DNA of 64,000 nucleotides from an uncultured Acidimicrobiaceae bacterium (GCA_963730735.1 CAVSSX010000010.1:61619-125618), one strand, 5' to 3'. Numbered from the stretch's first letter, positions 9,237 through 19,353 are shown. Program-made: numbers and translations. Notes: generated from the letters alone by a model not told the origin.

Positions 9237-9303
9237 TCTCTTGTTTGATATATCCGCACGCCCGGCAAGCCCGGTCCGCTGGCGTCGAACCGAGGAGACA
9301 ACC

Positions 9304-9942
9304 ATGGTCCCACGCAGTTCCTTGATCCCGACGGTCATGGAGGAGTCCAGCCGCGGCGACCGGGCCTTCGACATCTACTCGCTGTTGCTCCGAGAGCGGA
9401 TCGTGTTCCTCGGCCAGGAGGTCGACGACCAGATCGCCAACCTCATCGTCACCCAGATGCTCTACCTGGAGGCCCAGGACCCGGAGAAGGACATCGCCCT
9501 CTACATCAACTCCCCCGGCGGCATGGCCTACGCCGGCATGGCCATCTACGACGTCATGCAGCACGTGGCGCCCGAAGTGGCCACCATCTGCGTGGGGATG
9601 GGGATGTCGGCCGCGGCCATGATCCTGTGCGGCGGCGCGCCGGGCAAGCGACTGGCCCTGCCCAACGCCCGCATCATGATCCACCAGGGCTCGGCCGGCA
9701 CCCGGGGAGCGCCGAGCGACATGGAGATCCAGCTGCGCGAGGTGCTGGCCACCACCCGCCGCATGGCCGAGATCATCGCCCACCACTCGGGCCGCTCGGT
9801 CGACCAGGTCGAACAGGACATCGACCGGGACTACTTCATGACCGCCGAGGAGGCCCGTGACTACGGCCTCATCGACGACATCATCACCCCGCGGCGGGGC
9901 CTGAGCGCCGTCGCCGCCGGGGAGCTGGTCCCCGCCGGCTGA
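9304..9942 (+). CDS. clpP: ATP-dependent Clp protease proteolytic subunit
   Basis: GAGGAG RBS. Canonical ClpP with Ser (GMGMSAAAM), His (RIMIHQG) and Asp (DIDRDYFMT) all present. Confidence 0.95.
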   Translation: MVPRSSLIPTVMEESSRGDRAFDIYSLLLRERIVFLGQEVDDQIANLIVTQMLYLEAQDPEKDIALYINSPGGMAYAGMAIYDVMQHVAPEVATICVGMGMSAAAMILCGGAPGKRLALPNARIMIHQGSAGTRGAPSDMEIQLREVLATTRRMAEIIAHHSGRSVDQVEQDIDRDYFMTAEEARDYGLIDDIITPRRGLSAVAAGELVPAG

Positions 9943-9984
9943 CGTTCACGGACCGTTCGCCGGTCCGACACCTAACCTGGCGCC

Positions 9985-10293
9985 GTGCCGGTGTACGTCG
10001 ACGACTGGCGCCAGCGGGCCACCATCCGGTCGCACGAGGACCGGTGGTCGCACCTGCTGGCCGACACCGAGCCCGAGCTGCACGAGCTGGCCGAGCGCCT
10101 GGGCATCCCCCGGCGGGCCTTCCAGCGCCACCGCCGGCACCCGGCCCTCGACCACTACGACCTGCCCGAGCACCTGCGCCTCCGGGCCATCGCCCTCGGC
10201 GCGGTCCCGGTCACCTGGCGACAAGCCGGGCGCATGGTGCGCGAGTGGCGGCGCGAGTCCCCTACGGCGGCGGCAGCCCGCCGGGCCGGCTGA
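9985..10293 (+). CDS. DUF4031-domain protein
   Basis: GTG start. VYVDDWRQRATI...RWSHLLADTEPELHELAERLGIPRRAFQ...HYDL matches the DUF4031 pattern. Confidence 0.8.
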   Translation: MPVYVDDWRQRATIRSHEDRWSHLLADTEPELHELAERLGIPRRAFQRHRRHPALDHYDLPEHLRLRAIALGAVPVTWRQAGRMVREWRRESPTAAAARRAG

Positions 10294-10317
10294 GCCGCCG
10301 CGGCGATTGCTGGCGGG

Positions 10318-11235
10318 TTAGCCCGACGGCGCCGTGGTCGTCGTCACCGCCCCGGCGCCCGAGGTCGATCCCGAGGTCGTGGTGGTGGTCGAGCCCACCG
10401 TCGTCGTCGTCGCCCCTGGCAGGGTCGTCGTGGTGGTGGACGACGTCGTGGTGGAACTGGTCGAGGCGGTGGTCGGGCTGGTCGTCGGTGGTGGTCGAGG
10501 TCGTCGACGAGGTGGTCGGCGACTCGATGACGTCGTAGATCGAGGGCGAGTTGCCACTGCCTCCACCCCCGAGCAGCGAGGAGAGCGGCCGACCGGCCGA
10601 GAGCTCGACCACGGTGACCAGGGCCAGGGCGACCAGGAAGACCAGGAGGACCGTGCGAGCGATGACCGGCCAGCCGTAGCGGCGGGTGGCCCCGGGACGG
10701 CGGGTGGTGGCCGGCGGGCAGGGGCCGGCGGGACAGGGGTCGTGGCCCGCCAGGGCTGATCGGAGCGGTAGACGCTCAGGGGCACGGCCTGCGTGGGTAC
10801 CGGCTCGGTCGGGGGCCCGAACCGGTGGCCGGGCGGACCGACGGGCCGGGGTGTCGGGCCGGCGACCCGGGTGGGGCTGTCGGTCACCACCGTCGGGTTC
10901 CCCTCGGCCGAGGTGGCGCCGTCGGGTTCGCCGTCGTCGGTGACCGGGTCCACCCGACCGGTGGCCAGGGTGGCGCCGAGGTTGCGCAGCAGGCCGGGCT
11001 GGTCGTCGTCGCCGATCACCACCTGGCGGACGGCCTGGTGCGTGCGCTCGATCGAGCGGGCCACCACCCCGGTGCCGACGGTGGCCACGACGCTCCCGAC
11101 GGCCACACCGATGACGGTGCCCTTCACCCCGAAGCTCGAGGCGATGACGGCGGCCAGGACGGCCCCGACTGCGGACGCGATGATCTGGATCGGGCTGATC
11201 TTCATGGGCAGGTCACGATCGGGGGCGGCCGACAC
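10318..11235 (-). CDS. Membrane protein with Pro-rich linker and Thr-rich tail; coding frame appears to switch internally
   Basis: The N-terminal TM segment (MKISPIQIIASAVGAVLAAVIASSFGV, alternative start 11205) has high GC3 in this frame down to ~10750. Between ~10480 and ~10700 GC3 collapses in this frame. There, another frame encodes a clean TM helix (YGWPVIARTVLLVFLVALALVTVV) that has no start codon of its own. The Thr-rich tail is readable in the long-ORF frame again. Confidence 0.5.
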   Translation of the reverse strand: MSAAPDRDLPMKISPIQIIASAVGAVLAAVIASSFGVKGTVIGVAVGSVVATVGTGVVARSIERTHQAVRQVVIGDDDQPGLLRNLGATLATGRVDPVTDDGEPDGATSAEGNPTVVTDSPTRVAGPTPRPVGPPGHRFGPPTEPVPTQAVPLSVYRSDQPWRATTPVPPAPARRPPPAVPGPPAATAGRSSLARSSWSSWSPWPWSPWSSSRPVGRSPRCSGVEAVATRPRSTTSSSRRPPRRRPRPPPTTSPTTASTSSTTTSSTTTTTLPGATTTTVGSTTTTTSGSTSGAGAVTTTTAPSG

Positions 11236-11283
11236 GTGGGCCCCCGGAGAGTTGGCGGCCCGGGTGATCGGGCCATCTCGAGG

Positions 11284-11961
<678 letters not shown>

Positions 11962-12043
11962 TCAGCCTGACCGATCCACCGGCCCGCCGTGAACCGCCCG
12001 GCGGGAACCTTCGGCGGACGCCCTGTGCTAGAGCTAGCCGGCA

Positions 12044-12847
12044 ATGCGTGTGGCGCCGGAGTCCCGCTACGAACTCCTGACCTGCGCCCTCCGCGGTCAC
12101 CTCCTGGTGGGCACGGACGCCATCGTCGTGCGGGCCGACGACCACCTGGTCGTCCGGGAGGACGGGCCGACCCGCTGGCACCGGTGCCTGCGCTGCGACG
12201 GGTGGTTCCCCCTGCCCCGGCCGGCCGAGCCCACCCGGCCGACCGTCCCGACCCGCGACGAGATCGAGCTCCCGCTCCGGGGGCGTCGGCTCCGGGACCG
12301 CTACGTCCTGCGGCTGATCGCCGTCGACCGGGCGATCCACGTGGTGGTGCTGGTCGGGCTGGCCATCGCCGTCTTCTTCTTCGCCAACCACCGCCAGGAG
12401 ATCCGCCACGACTACCTCGAGATCATGAACTCGCTCACCGGCAGCTCGGGCGGCCCCGACGCCCTCGGCGGCTTCCTCGGCCACTTCCGCCACCTCTTCG
12501 TCGTCCAGCCGGCCCACCTCTACGAGGTGGCCGTGGTCCTCCTCCTCTACGCCGCCCTCGAGGCGACCGAGATGGTCGGGCTGTGGCAGGGCCAGCGGTG
12601 GGCCGAGTACCTCACCTTCGTGGCCACCCTCGTCCTGGTGCCGCTCGAGGTCTACGAGCTCGCTCAGTCGGTGAGCTGGTTCAAGTTGCTCACGTTCATC
12701 ATCAACGTGGCCATCGCCCTCTACCTCTTGTGGGCCAAACGGCTCTTCGGGATCCGGGGTGGCCACGAGGCCCTCGAGCGCCGGCGGGACGAGCACTCCG
12801 GGTGGGAGGCCCTCGAGCGGGCGACGCCCGATCTCGGGGCGCCCTGA
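12044..12847 (+). CDS. DUF2127-type membrane protein
   Basis: 267 aa. An N-terminal Cys-containing region is followed by four hydrophobic helices, with the family-like segment WAEYLTFVATLVLVPLEVYEL. Confidence 0.8.
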   Translation: MRVAPESRYELLTCALRGHLLVGTDAIVVRADDHLVVREDGPTRWHRCLRCDGWFPLPRPAEPTRPTVPTRDEIELPLRGRRLRDRYVLRLIAVDRAIHVVVLVGLAIAVFFFANHRQEIRHDYLEIMNSLTGSSGGPDALGGFLGHFRHLFVVQPAHLYEVAVVLLLYAALEATEMVGLWQGQRWAEYLTFVATLVLVPLEVYELAQSVSWFKLLTFIINVAIALYLLWAKRLFGIRGGHEALERRRDEHSGWEALERATPDLGAP

Positions 12848-12886
12848 CCGACCGGCGCCCGATCCCGTTCGCGTAGGGTGCACGCG

Positions 12887-13846
12887 ATGGCTGCACCCAC
12901 CCCGCCGACGGCCCGCGTCCTGTTGACCACGCCCCTCCCGGCCGAAGCGGTGGCTGTGCTCACCGACGCCGGGCACGAGGTCGTCCTGCGGGACGGCCTG
13001 GCGGCGTCGGAGGTGGGCGGGTTCGACGCCATCGTCTGCTCCCTCGCCGACCCGGTCGACTCGGCCGTGCTACGGACCGGCGCCGCCGGGCGCCTGCGGG
13101 TGGTGAGCACGGTGGCCGTCGGCTTCGACAACATCGACGTCGCCACGGCCGACGAGCTGGGCATCGTCGTCTGCAACACACCCGGGGTGCTCGACGAGAC
13201 CACGGCCGACCTGGCGTTCCTCCTGCTCCTGTCGGCCTTCCGCCTGGCCTCGGAGGGCGAGGCCCGGTTGCGGACGGGGCGCTGGGAGGGCTTCGGGCTC
13301 ATGGACCACCTGGGCCGCGACGTCCACGGGACCGTGCTCGGGCTGGTCGGCTACGGCCAGATCGCCCGGCAGGTGGCCCGGCGGGCCCAGGGCTTCAGCA
13401 TCGAGGTCCTGCACTACACCCGCACACCCACCGGCCTCCCGGGCGAGGTGGCCTCGCTCGACGAACTGCTGGCCACGGTCGACGCCGTCAGCCTCCACGT
13501 GCCGCTGACCGACGCCACCCGGCACATGATCGGGGCCCGGGAGCTGGCCCTCATGAAGCCCACGGCGGTCCTGATCAACACGGCCCGGGGGGCCGTCGTG
13601 GACGAGGACGCCCTGGTCGACGCGCTCGAGGCGGGCACCATCTTCGCCGCCGGGCTCGACGTCTACTCCCGGGAGCCCGCCGTACCCGATCGGCTGCTCA
13701 CGGCGCCGCGCACCGTGCTCCTCCCCCACATCGGCAGCGCCACCGTCCAGACCCGCACGACCATGGCCGAGGTGGCCTGCCGGTCGGCCTGCGACGTGCT
13801 GGCCGGGCGACCGACCGACAACGTGGTGGCCGCCCAGCGCGGCTAG
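12887..13846 (+). CDS. D-isomer-specific 2-hydroxyacid dehydrogenase (glyoxylate/hydroxypyruvate reductase-like)
   Basis: NAD motif GLVGYGQIARQVARRA and catalytic-region motifs INTARGAVVDEDAL and LLPHIGSAT. A GTG at 12878 is an alternative start. Confidence 0.9.
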   Translation: MAAPTPPTARVLLTTPLPAEAVAVLTDAGHEVVLRDGLAASEVGGFDAIVCSLADPVDSAVLRTGAAGRLRVVSTVAVGFDNIDVATADELGIVVCNTPGVLDETTADLAFLLLLSAFRLASEGEARLRTGRWEGFGLMDHLGRDVHGTVLGLVGYGQIARQVARRAQGFSIEVLHYTRTPTGLPGEVASLDELLATVDAVSLHVPLTDATRHMIGARELALMKPTAVLINTARGAVVDEDALVDALEAGTIFAAGLDVYSREPAVPDRLLTAPRTVLLPHIGSATVQTRTTMAEVACRSACDVLAGRPTDNVVAAQRG

Positions 13847-13891
13847 CGGGGGCGAGACCGCGGGCCCGAGGTTCCCTGTTACCTTCTCCCG

Positions 13892-14629
13892 ATGCCCGTG
13901 ACACGATTTCTCCTACCTGCTATAGGGGCCTCGGCCCTGCTGGCGGCGGCCGCCACCGGCCCCGCCGGGGCCGCCACGCTCACACCCAAGGCCACCGTGA
14001 CCGCCTCGTTGGCCGCCGCCAACAAGCAGCAGTCGGTCCACTACAACGCCACCTCCAAGGCCGGCACCCAGTCGATCACGCTGACGGCCGACGCCGGCGT
14101 GAGCAGCGGCCAGCAGATCGTCGTGGTGAAGAAGGGCAAGACGACGGGCCATATCCAGGCCCGCTACGTCACCTCGGGCGTCTACTTCAAGGGCGACGTC
14201 TACGGCCTCGAGGCGTACCTCGGGATGCCGGCCTCGCTGGCCCCGACCTACGCCGGCAAGTGGATCGTCTTCACCTCCACCGACACCGACTACGCCCAGA
14301 TCACCAAGGCCCTCACCCTCTCGGCCGCCGTGGCCCAGATCAGCATGACCGGGCCGTACACCTCGGGGGGCACGACCACGGCCGGTGGCAAGGCGGCCTC
14401 GGCGGTGAAGGCCTTCACGTCGACACTCTCGTCGGCCGGCAAGAAGGGCCCGGCCACCGTCTACATCGCCGCCAAGGGGACGCCCCTGCCCATCAAGTTC
14501 ACCGGGGCGGGCACCGAGAGCGGCAAGAAGACCACGGGCGTCGTCTCCTACAGCAAGTGGAACGAGACGATCAACCTGGTCACGCCCACCGGCGCCATCC
14601 CGGCGTCGTCGATCAGCACCACCGGCTGA
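13892..14629 (+). CDS. Secreted protein of unknown function
   Basis: Signal peptide [28 protein letters not shown], then a Lys/Thr/Ser-rich beta-type sequence. No family recognised. Confidence 0.7.
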   Translation: MPVTRFLLPAIGASALLAAAATGPAGAATLTPKATVTASLAAANKQQSVHYNATSKAGTQSITLTADAGVSSGQQIVVVKKGKTTGHIQARYVTSGVYFKGDVYGLEAYLGMPASLAPTYAGKWIVFTSTDTDYAQITKALTLSAAVAQISMTGPYTSGGTTTAGGKAASAVKAFTSTLSSAGKKGPATVYIAAKGTPLPIKFTGAGTESGKKTTGVVSYSKWNETINLVTPTGAIPASSISTTG

Positions 14630-14726
14630 GCCACCGGCGACGGCGACCGGGTCGCCGTCGCCGCCCGCCGCTAGCGTGAACGTGGGCCTCGACGCCCGGC
14701 CCCTCACGCCACGGAGGTATGCGCTC

Positions 14727-16145
14727 ATGGAGAACCGCGACTCGCTCTACATCGACGGGGCCTGGGTCCCGTCGACCGGCACCGGCCGCCTCGAGGTGAT
14801 CGACTCGACCAGCGAGCAGGTGCTGGCCACCGTGCCCGAAGGCACGCCGGAGGACGTCGACCGGGCGGTGGCCGCCGCCGCGGCGGCCTTCCCCGGCTGG
14901 TCGACGACCTCGGTCGAGGAGCGGGCCAAGCTCGTCGGCCGAGTGGCCGAGGCGCTCGGCGCCCAGACCGACGAGATCGCCGACCTGATCGCCCACGAGG
15001 TCGGCATGCCCCTGGCGTTGGCGAAGCTGATCCAGGTCGGCCTCCCGACCGGTGCCTTCGCCGACGCCGCCGAGCAAGCCAACGCCTTCACCTGGGAGGA
15101 GGAGATCGGGAACTCGCTGGTCGTGCGGGAGCCCATCGGGGTCGTCGGCGCCATCACGCCGTGGAACTACCCGCTCTACCAGATCGCCCTCAAGGTGGCC
15201 CCGGCCCTGGTCGCCGGGTGCACGGTGGTGTTGAAGCCGAGCGAGGTGGCCCCGCTGAACGCCTTCGCCCTGGCCGACATCCTCCACGACGTGGGCTTCC
15301 CGCCGGGCGTCTTCAACCTGGTCACCGGCCTCGGGCCGGTGGTCGGCGAGGCGATCGCCTCGCATCCGCTGGTCGACATGGTGACCTTCACCGGCTCGAC
15401 CCGGGCCGGCAAGCGGGTCATGCAGCTGGCCGCCGAGTCGGTCAAGAAGGTGGCGCTCGAGCTCGGGGGGAAGTCGGCCAACATCCTGCTCGACGACGCC
15501 GACCTCGACGTCGCCGTCCCGGCCGGGGTGTTCGCCTGCTACCTCAACTCCGGCCAGACCTGCTCGGCCCTCACCCGGATGATCGTCCCGCGGGCCAAGC
15601 TGGCCGAGGTCGAGGCGAAGGCCGTGGCCGCTGCCGAGACGTTCACCCCCGGCGACCCGTTCGACAAGGCCACCCGGCTCGGGCCGCTCGTGTCGGCCGC
15701 CCAGCGGGACCGGGTACGCGACTACATCGCCAAGGGCGTCGACGAGGGAGCCCAACTGCTCACCGGTGGGGCCGAGACGCCCGAGGGGATCGAGCACGGG
15801 TTCTTCGTGCGGCCCACGGTCTTCTCCGAGGTCGGCGCCGACATGACCATCGCCCAGGAGGAGATCTTCGGTCCGGTGCTGGCCATCCTGCCCTACGACA
15901 CCGAGGAGGAGGCCGTCCGGATCGCCAACGATTCCGCCTACGGCCTGGCCGGCGGTGTCTGGAGCGCCGACACGGCCCGGGCCGAGCGGGTGGCCCGGCA
16001 GCTGCGGACCGGCCAGATCGACATCAACGGGGGCAACTTCAACCCGGTGGCCCCCTTCGGCGGCTACAAGCAATCGGGTGTCGGACGCGAACGAGGTCGC
16101 TTCGGGTTCGAGGAGTTCCTCGAGGTGAAGTCGCTCCAGCGCTGA
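14727..16145 (+). CDS. NAD(P)-dependent aldehyde dehydrogenase
   Basis: GGAGG lies 9 nt upstream of the ATG at 14727. ALDH signatures are ELGGKSA, catalytic Cys in [11 protein letters not shown], and EEIFGPV. Confidence 0.95.
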   Translation: MENRDSLYIDGAWVPSTGTGRLEVIDSTSEQVLATVPEGTPEDVDRAVAAAAAAFPGWSTTSVEERAKLVGRVAEALGAQTDEIADLIAHEVGMPLALAKLIQVGLPTGAFADAAEQANAFTWEEEIGNSLVVREPIGVVGAITPWNYPLYQIALKVAPALVAGCTVVLKPSEVAPLNAFALADILHDVGFPPGVFNLVTGLGPVVGEAIASHPLVDMVTFTGSTRAGKRVMQLAAESVKKVALELGGKSANILLDDADLDVAVPAGVFACYLNSGQTCSALTRMIVPRAKLAEVEAKAVAAAETFTPGDPFDKATRLGPLVSAAQRDRVRDYIAKGVDEGAQLLTGGAETPEGIEHGFFVRPTVFSEVGADMTIAQEEIFGPVLAILPYDTEEEAVRIANDSAYGLAGGVWSADTARAERVARQLRTGQIDINGGNFNPVAPFGGYKQSGVGRERGRFGFEEFLEVKSLQR

Positions 16146-16146
16146 C

Positions 16147-17022
16147 GTGGCCGACGCCGCTCCCGCCGAAGGTAGCGTCGGAGGCGTGACGCACTTCGAC
16201 GAGGTGACGTCGGTGACCGACGGCCCGGCGGACGGGACGTTCACGGCAGAGATCGACCTCGGGTGGTCGGTGGGCGACAAACCCAACGGCGGCTACCTCC
16301 TGGCCATCATGGCCCGAGCGGCCAGCCGGATGGCCGTGGCCGCCGGGCGCCCGCACCGGGATCCCCTGACGGCCAGCGCCTCCTACCTGCGGGCGCCGTC
16401 GGGCGGCCCGGCGATCGTGCAGGCCGAGGTGCTGCGCAGCGGCCGCAGCGCCAGCCAGGTGCGCACGACGCTGTTCCAGCAGGACCGGCGGTGCGTCGAG
16501 GCCACGTTCACCCTCGGCCAGCTCCGGCCCGGGAGCGCCCCGTGGTGGAGCGACGTCCCGGCGGCCGAGGTGCCGCCGGAGGACGCCTGTTTCCTGCTCG
16601 AGGCCGACCGGCCCGGGGCCCCGTTCGAGGTGCCGCTGATGCGCCAGCTCCTGATCCGGCTCGACCCGGCGGTGGCCGGCTTCGCCTCCGGGCGACCGGG
16701 CAGGGGTGGCGAGCTCCGGGGGTGGCTCCGGTTCGCCGACGGGCGGGACTTCGACCCGCTGTCGCTGCTCCTGGCCGCCGATGCCCTGCCCCCGGCCACC
16801 TTCGAGCTGGCCCCCACCGGCTGGGTGCCGACCATCCAGCTCACCGTCTACCTGCGGGCGGTGGCCGCCCCCGGTCCCCTGGTCGTGCGCCAGCGGGCCC
16901 GGCTCGTCGAAGACGGGCTGGTCGACGAGACCTGCGACGTCTGGGATGCCACCGGTCGCTTCGTGGCCCAGGCCGTCCAGCTGGCCCAGATCCGCCTTCC
17001 GGCGGAGGCCACCGGGCCCTGA
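16147..17022 (+). CDS. Thioesterase-like (double hot-dog, acyl-CoA thioesterase II-like) protein
   Basis: The pattern ...NGGYLLAIMARAA... with two hot-dog halves fits the thioesterase-like superfamily. The start (GTG 16147 or GTG ~16186) is uncertain. Confidence 0.75.
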   Translation: MADAAPAEGSVGGVTHFDEVTSVTDGPADGTFTAEIDLGWSVGDKPNGGYLLAIMARAASRMAVAAGRPHRDPLTASASYLRAPSGGPAIVQAEVLRSGRSASQVRTTLFQQDRRCVEATFTLGQLRPGSAPWWSDVPAAEVPPEDACFLLEADRPGAPFEVPLMRQLLIRLDPAVAGFASGRPGRGGELRGWLRFADGRDFDPLSLLLAADALPPATFELAPTGWVPTIQLTVYLRAVAAPGPLVVRQRARLVEDGLVDETCDVWDATGRFVAQAVQLAQIRLPAEATGP

Positions 17023-17121
17023 ATCTCAGGCAAAACCCAGATTTCTGAAACTTTTCGTTGCCGACACCTTGACTCTTCGTGAACGTTCCGTGAAAGTGAC
17101 GATGAGGCCACCCCGGGGGGG

Positions 17122-17150
17122 CCGCCGGCTCGGCTAAGTCGAGCCGGCGG
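17122..17150 (+). terminator. GC-rich hairpin downstream of the thioesterase gene
   Basis: Perfect 11-bp stem CCGCCGGCTCG / CGAGCCGGCGG with a 7-nt loop, and no U-tract. It lies 100 nt after the stop and upstream of tRNA-Lys. Confidence 0.35.
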
Positions 17151-17251
17151 AACCGGGGGCCTCACCCCGGGCCCAGTGGCGCCGACTCGGGGTGCCCACG
17201 CATCGATCGAGGGGCACCGCCGACTGCGGCATGCCCTACACTCGACGCACG

Positions 17252-17323
17252 GCGCCTCTAGCTCAATGGCAGAGCAACGGACTCTTAATCCGCAGGTTCT
17301 GGGTTCGAATCCCAGGGGGCGCA
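17252..17323 (+). tRNA. tRNA-Lys (anticodon CTT)
   Basis: Folded by hand. Acceptor GCGCCTC/GGGGCGC (one G-U pair), D-arm GCTC-AATGGCA-GAGC, anticodon loop CTCTTAA, T-arm CTGGG-TTCGAAT-CCCAG, discriminator A. CCA is not encoded. Confidence 0.9.
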
Positions 17324-17562
17324 CGCAAAGGCCCAGGTCAGGGCCAGCATGTTACCTCACCCACGGGCGACGCCGGCGGTCCCGCTGAGTGGGGCAGCAG
17401 CCGCTCACTCACACGTACATCGCCGTCGTCCATCCGGCGGACCGTCACCACCGCCCGTCCTGCCGCCGGCCGGGCCACGGACGGCTCGACCGACCCCTGG
17501 CGCCAGGCGACGACTACCCGCCTCGTCTCGTATCGTGACCGGGTGCTTCGGGGAACAACCTC

Positions 17563-18084
17563 ATGACGATCGCCTACGACCTCTCGGCGTAGACAGCTTT
17601 CTTCGTCGCCTCGGCCGGGGCGACCGCCGCCCTGAGTGGCCTCATCTTCGTCGGCCTCAGCGTGAACGTGACCAAAGTCCTGGAGCTCGACCAGCGTCGC
17701 GGGGGAAATGCGGTGAGCGGCCGGGCCCTCGAGGCCCTCCTCGGTCTGTTGAATGTGCTCGGCATCAGCCTCGTCCCCCTCGTGCCCTCAGTCCCCCGGG
17801 GCGTGTTGACGGCGGTGCTGCTCGTCATGGCCTTCACCGGGTCGGTCTCCCCCACCCGCACGTTCTTGTCGGCGCGCCGGACGCCCCACACTCGCCGAAG
17901 TCTCGGATTCCTCAGTGGCCAGCTCTCCGCCGTCTGGCTCACCTCGTTGTTCTATTTGCTGGGCGGGGTGACCTTGGCCGCCACCGCCGGCGGCGGCCTC
18001 TACTGGCTGCCCGCCGCCTTCGTCCTGGCGGTGTTCGGGGCCGGGGTGAACGCCTGGATCATGCTGGTGGAGATACCCCACTAG
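17563..18084 (+). pseudogene. Multi-pass membrane protein interrupted by an in-frame TAG at 17590-17592
   Basis: The track ORF starts at GTG 17662 in the middle of a hydrophobic helix. The same frame upstream (TAFFVASAGATAALSGLIFVGLS, high GC3) is clearly coding. It connects through a TAG to ATG 17563 (MTIAYDLSA*). There is no ATG/GTG/TTG between the TAG and 17662. Confidence 0.45.
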
Positions 18085-18158
18085 CAATCCCCCGGCGGCG
18101 CCGGGGCCGCCCTTCCAGCCGACAACCCTTGGGGCGCCGGCGGGATCAGAATGTGGCC

Positions 18159-18428
18159 ATGGGTGCTGCCCTGTTGCCGCAACTCCATCCCGACGGGGTG
18201 GTGACGTTCCGCCACGCGGACGACCAGACGTGCACCTTCGCCTGCCGCCGGCGCGACAGCGACGGTGAGCGGTTCGTGGTCGTACCGGACACCCAGATCG
18301 GGCGTGCACCGGTGCTCGGGTGGGTGCGCACCTGCGGCTCGGTGGTGAGCGGCGGCGAGTACCTGGTCCCGATGTGGCAGTGGGAGATGCGGGTGCTCCC
18401 GTCGGGATCGCTCCGCTACCTCGAGTAG
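18159..18428 (+). CDS. Small hypothetical protein
   Basis: 89 aa (MGAALLPQLHPDGVVTFRHADDQTCTFACRRRDSDGERFVVVPD...) with good GC3. No family recognised. Confidence 0.4.
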   Translation: MGAALLPQLHPDGVVTFRHADDQTCTFACRRRDSDGERFVVVPDTQIGRAPVLGWVRTCGSVVSGGEYLVPMWQWEMRVLPSGSLRYLE

Positions 18429-18479
18429 CCGGCCCACCCTCGTCCGGGCATCGCCCGCCCGGTCCCACCGACGCGAACG

Positions 18480-18507
18480 AGCCCTCCGGCTGACGGGTCG
18501 GAGGGCT
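18480..18507. terminator. Hairpin between convergent genes
   Basis: 9-bp stem AGCCCTCCG / CGGAGGGCT with a 10-nt loop, followed by an AT-richer stretch. Confidence 0.4.
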
Positions 18508-18666
18508 GGTACATTGATCGGGGTCCCGCCGTTCCCAGCGGTAAATCCGACCTTTAGTGCTAAAGAAAGTACACGATACCGCCGCGTTGATGTCGGCACC
18601 GGCGGCCTCGGGAACCGACCGTCGCCCTACCGAGGGACGGCGTTCGCGCCAGGAGTACCGCCCCCG

Positions 18667-19353
18667 TCACGGCCCGAAGGTCGTGGTCGTCGAGGACGGG
18701 GGCGCCGGCGCCTCGAGACCGCTCAGGTCCGGCGTCGTGTTCCCGCTGCCGTACACCCGGTTGCAGAGCGTGCCGATGGCCGCGGCGATCTCGCCGTAGG
18801 CCGTGTTGCCGATATCCGACGTGTCGCCGGCCGCCTCCTCCCGGGCGCCGACCCCCGGGATGTTGTCGGCCTGGGGGGTGACGGCGCAGTAGGTGCTGCC
18901 TTTGATGGACGACAGCTCCGGCGTCCCCTCCGCCCCGTCGCTGTCCACCCGCTCCCGGATGGCCTTGCTCCCGACGCCGGGCACGCTGGTCGGTCGGGGG
19001 CCGAGGCTCTGGACGTCGGCGGCGTACGCCTTGGCGGCGAAGGGTCCGCTGATGACCACGATGGTCATGGCCTCGGAGTCCCCGGAGCCGGCGGCGACGA
19101 TGCACTGCTGGCCGATGTGGGTCTTCTGGAAGTTGTACAGCTGGGAGGTCTCGGGTTTGACCGTGATCTTGGAGATCTGGTTCGTGAGCAGCGGCTGGAT
19201 CTCGGCCTTGGTCAGCTGGGAGCACGTTCCCTTGGCCCCGCCACCGCCGGCCGCAGCCTTGGTGGTCGCCGAGGCGCTCGGCGCACCGAGGCCCAGCCCC
19301 ACCACGGCGATGGCGGACACCGCAAGGGCCAGTCGAACCGGAGGTCGCTTCAT
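18667..19353 (-). CDS. Secreted protein of unknown function
   Basis: Signal peptide MKRPPVRLALAVSAIAVVGLGLGAPSASA. Four Cys residues. No family recognised. Confidence 0.7.
   Translation of the reverse strand: MKRPPVRLALAVSAIAVVGLGLGAPSASATTKAAAGGGGAKGTCSQLTKAEIQPLLTNQISKITVKPETSQLYNFQKTHIGQQCIVAAGSGDSEAMTIVVISGPFAAKAYAADVQSLGPRPTSVPGVGSKAIRERVDSDGAEGTPELSSIKGSTYCAVTPQADNIPGVGAREEAAGDTSDIGNTAYGEIAAAIGTLCNRVYGSGNTTPDLSGLEAPAPPSSTTTTFGP

Noticed and set aside
17324-19353. A possible integrated mobile element or genomic island downstream of tRNA-Lys.
   Set aside because: I found no integrase, excisionase, transposase or phage-like gene. I also saw no direct repeat of the tRNA-Lys 3' half in the following 2 kb. 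GC content is only marginally lower. The content is three small membrane, secreted or hypothetical genes.
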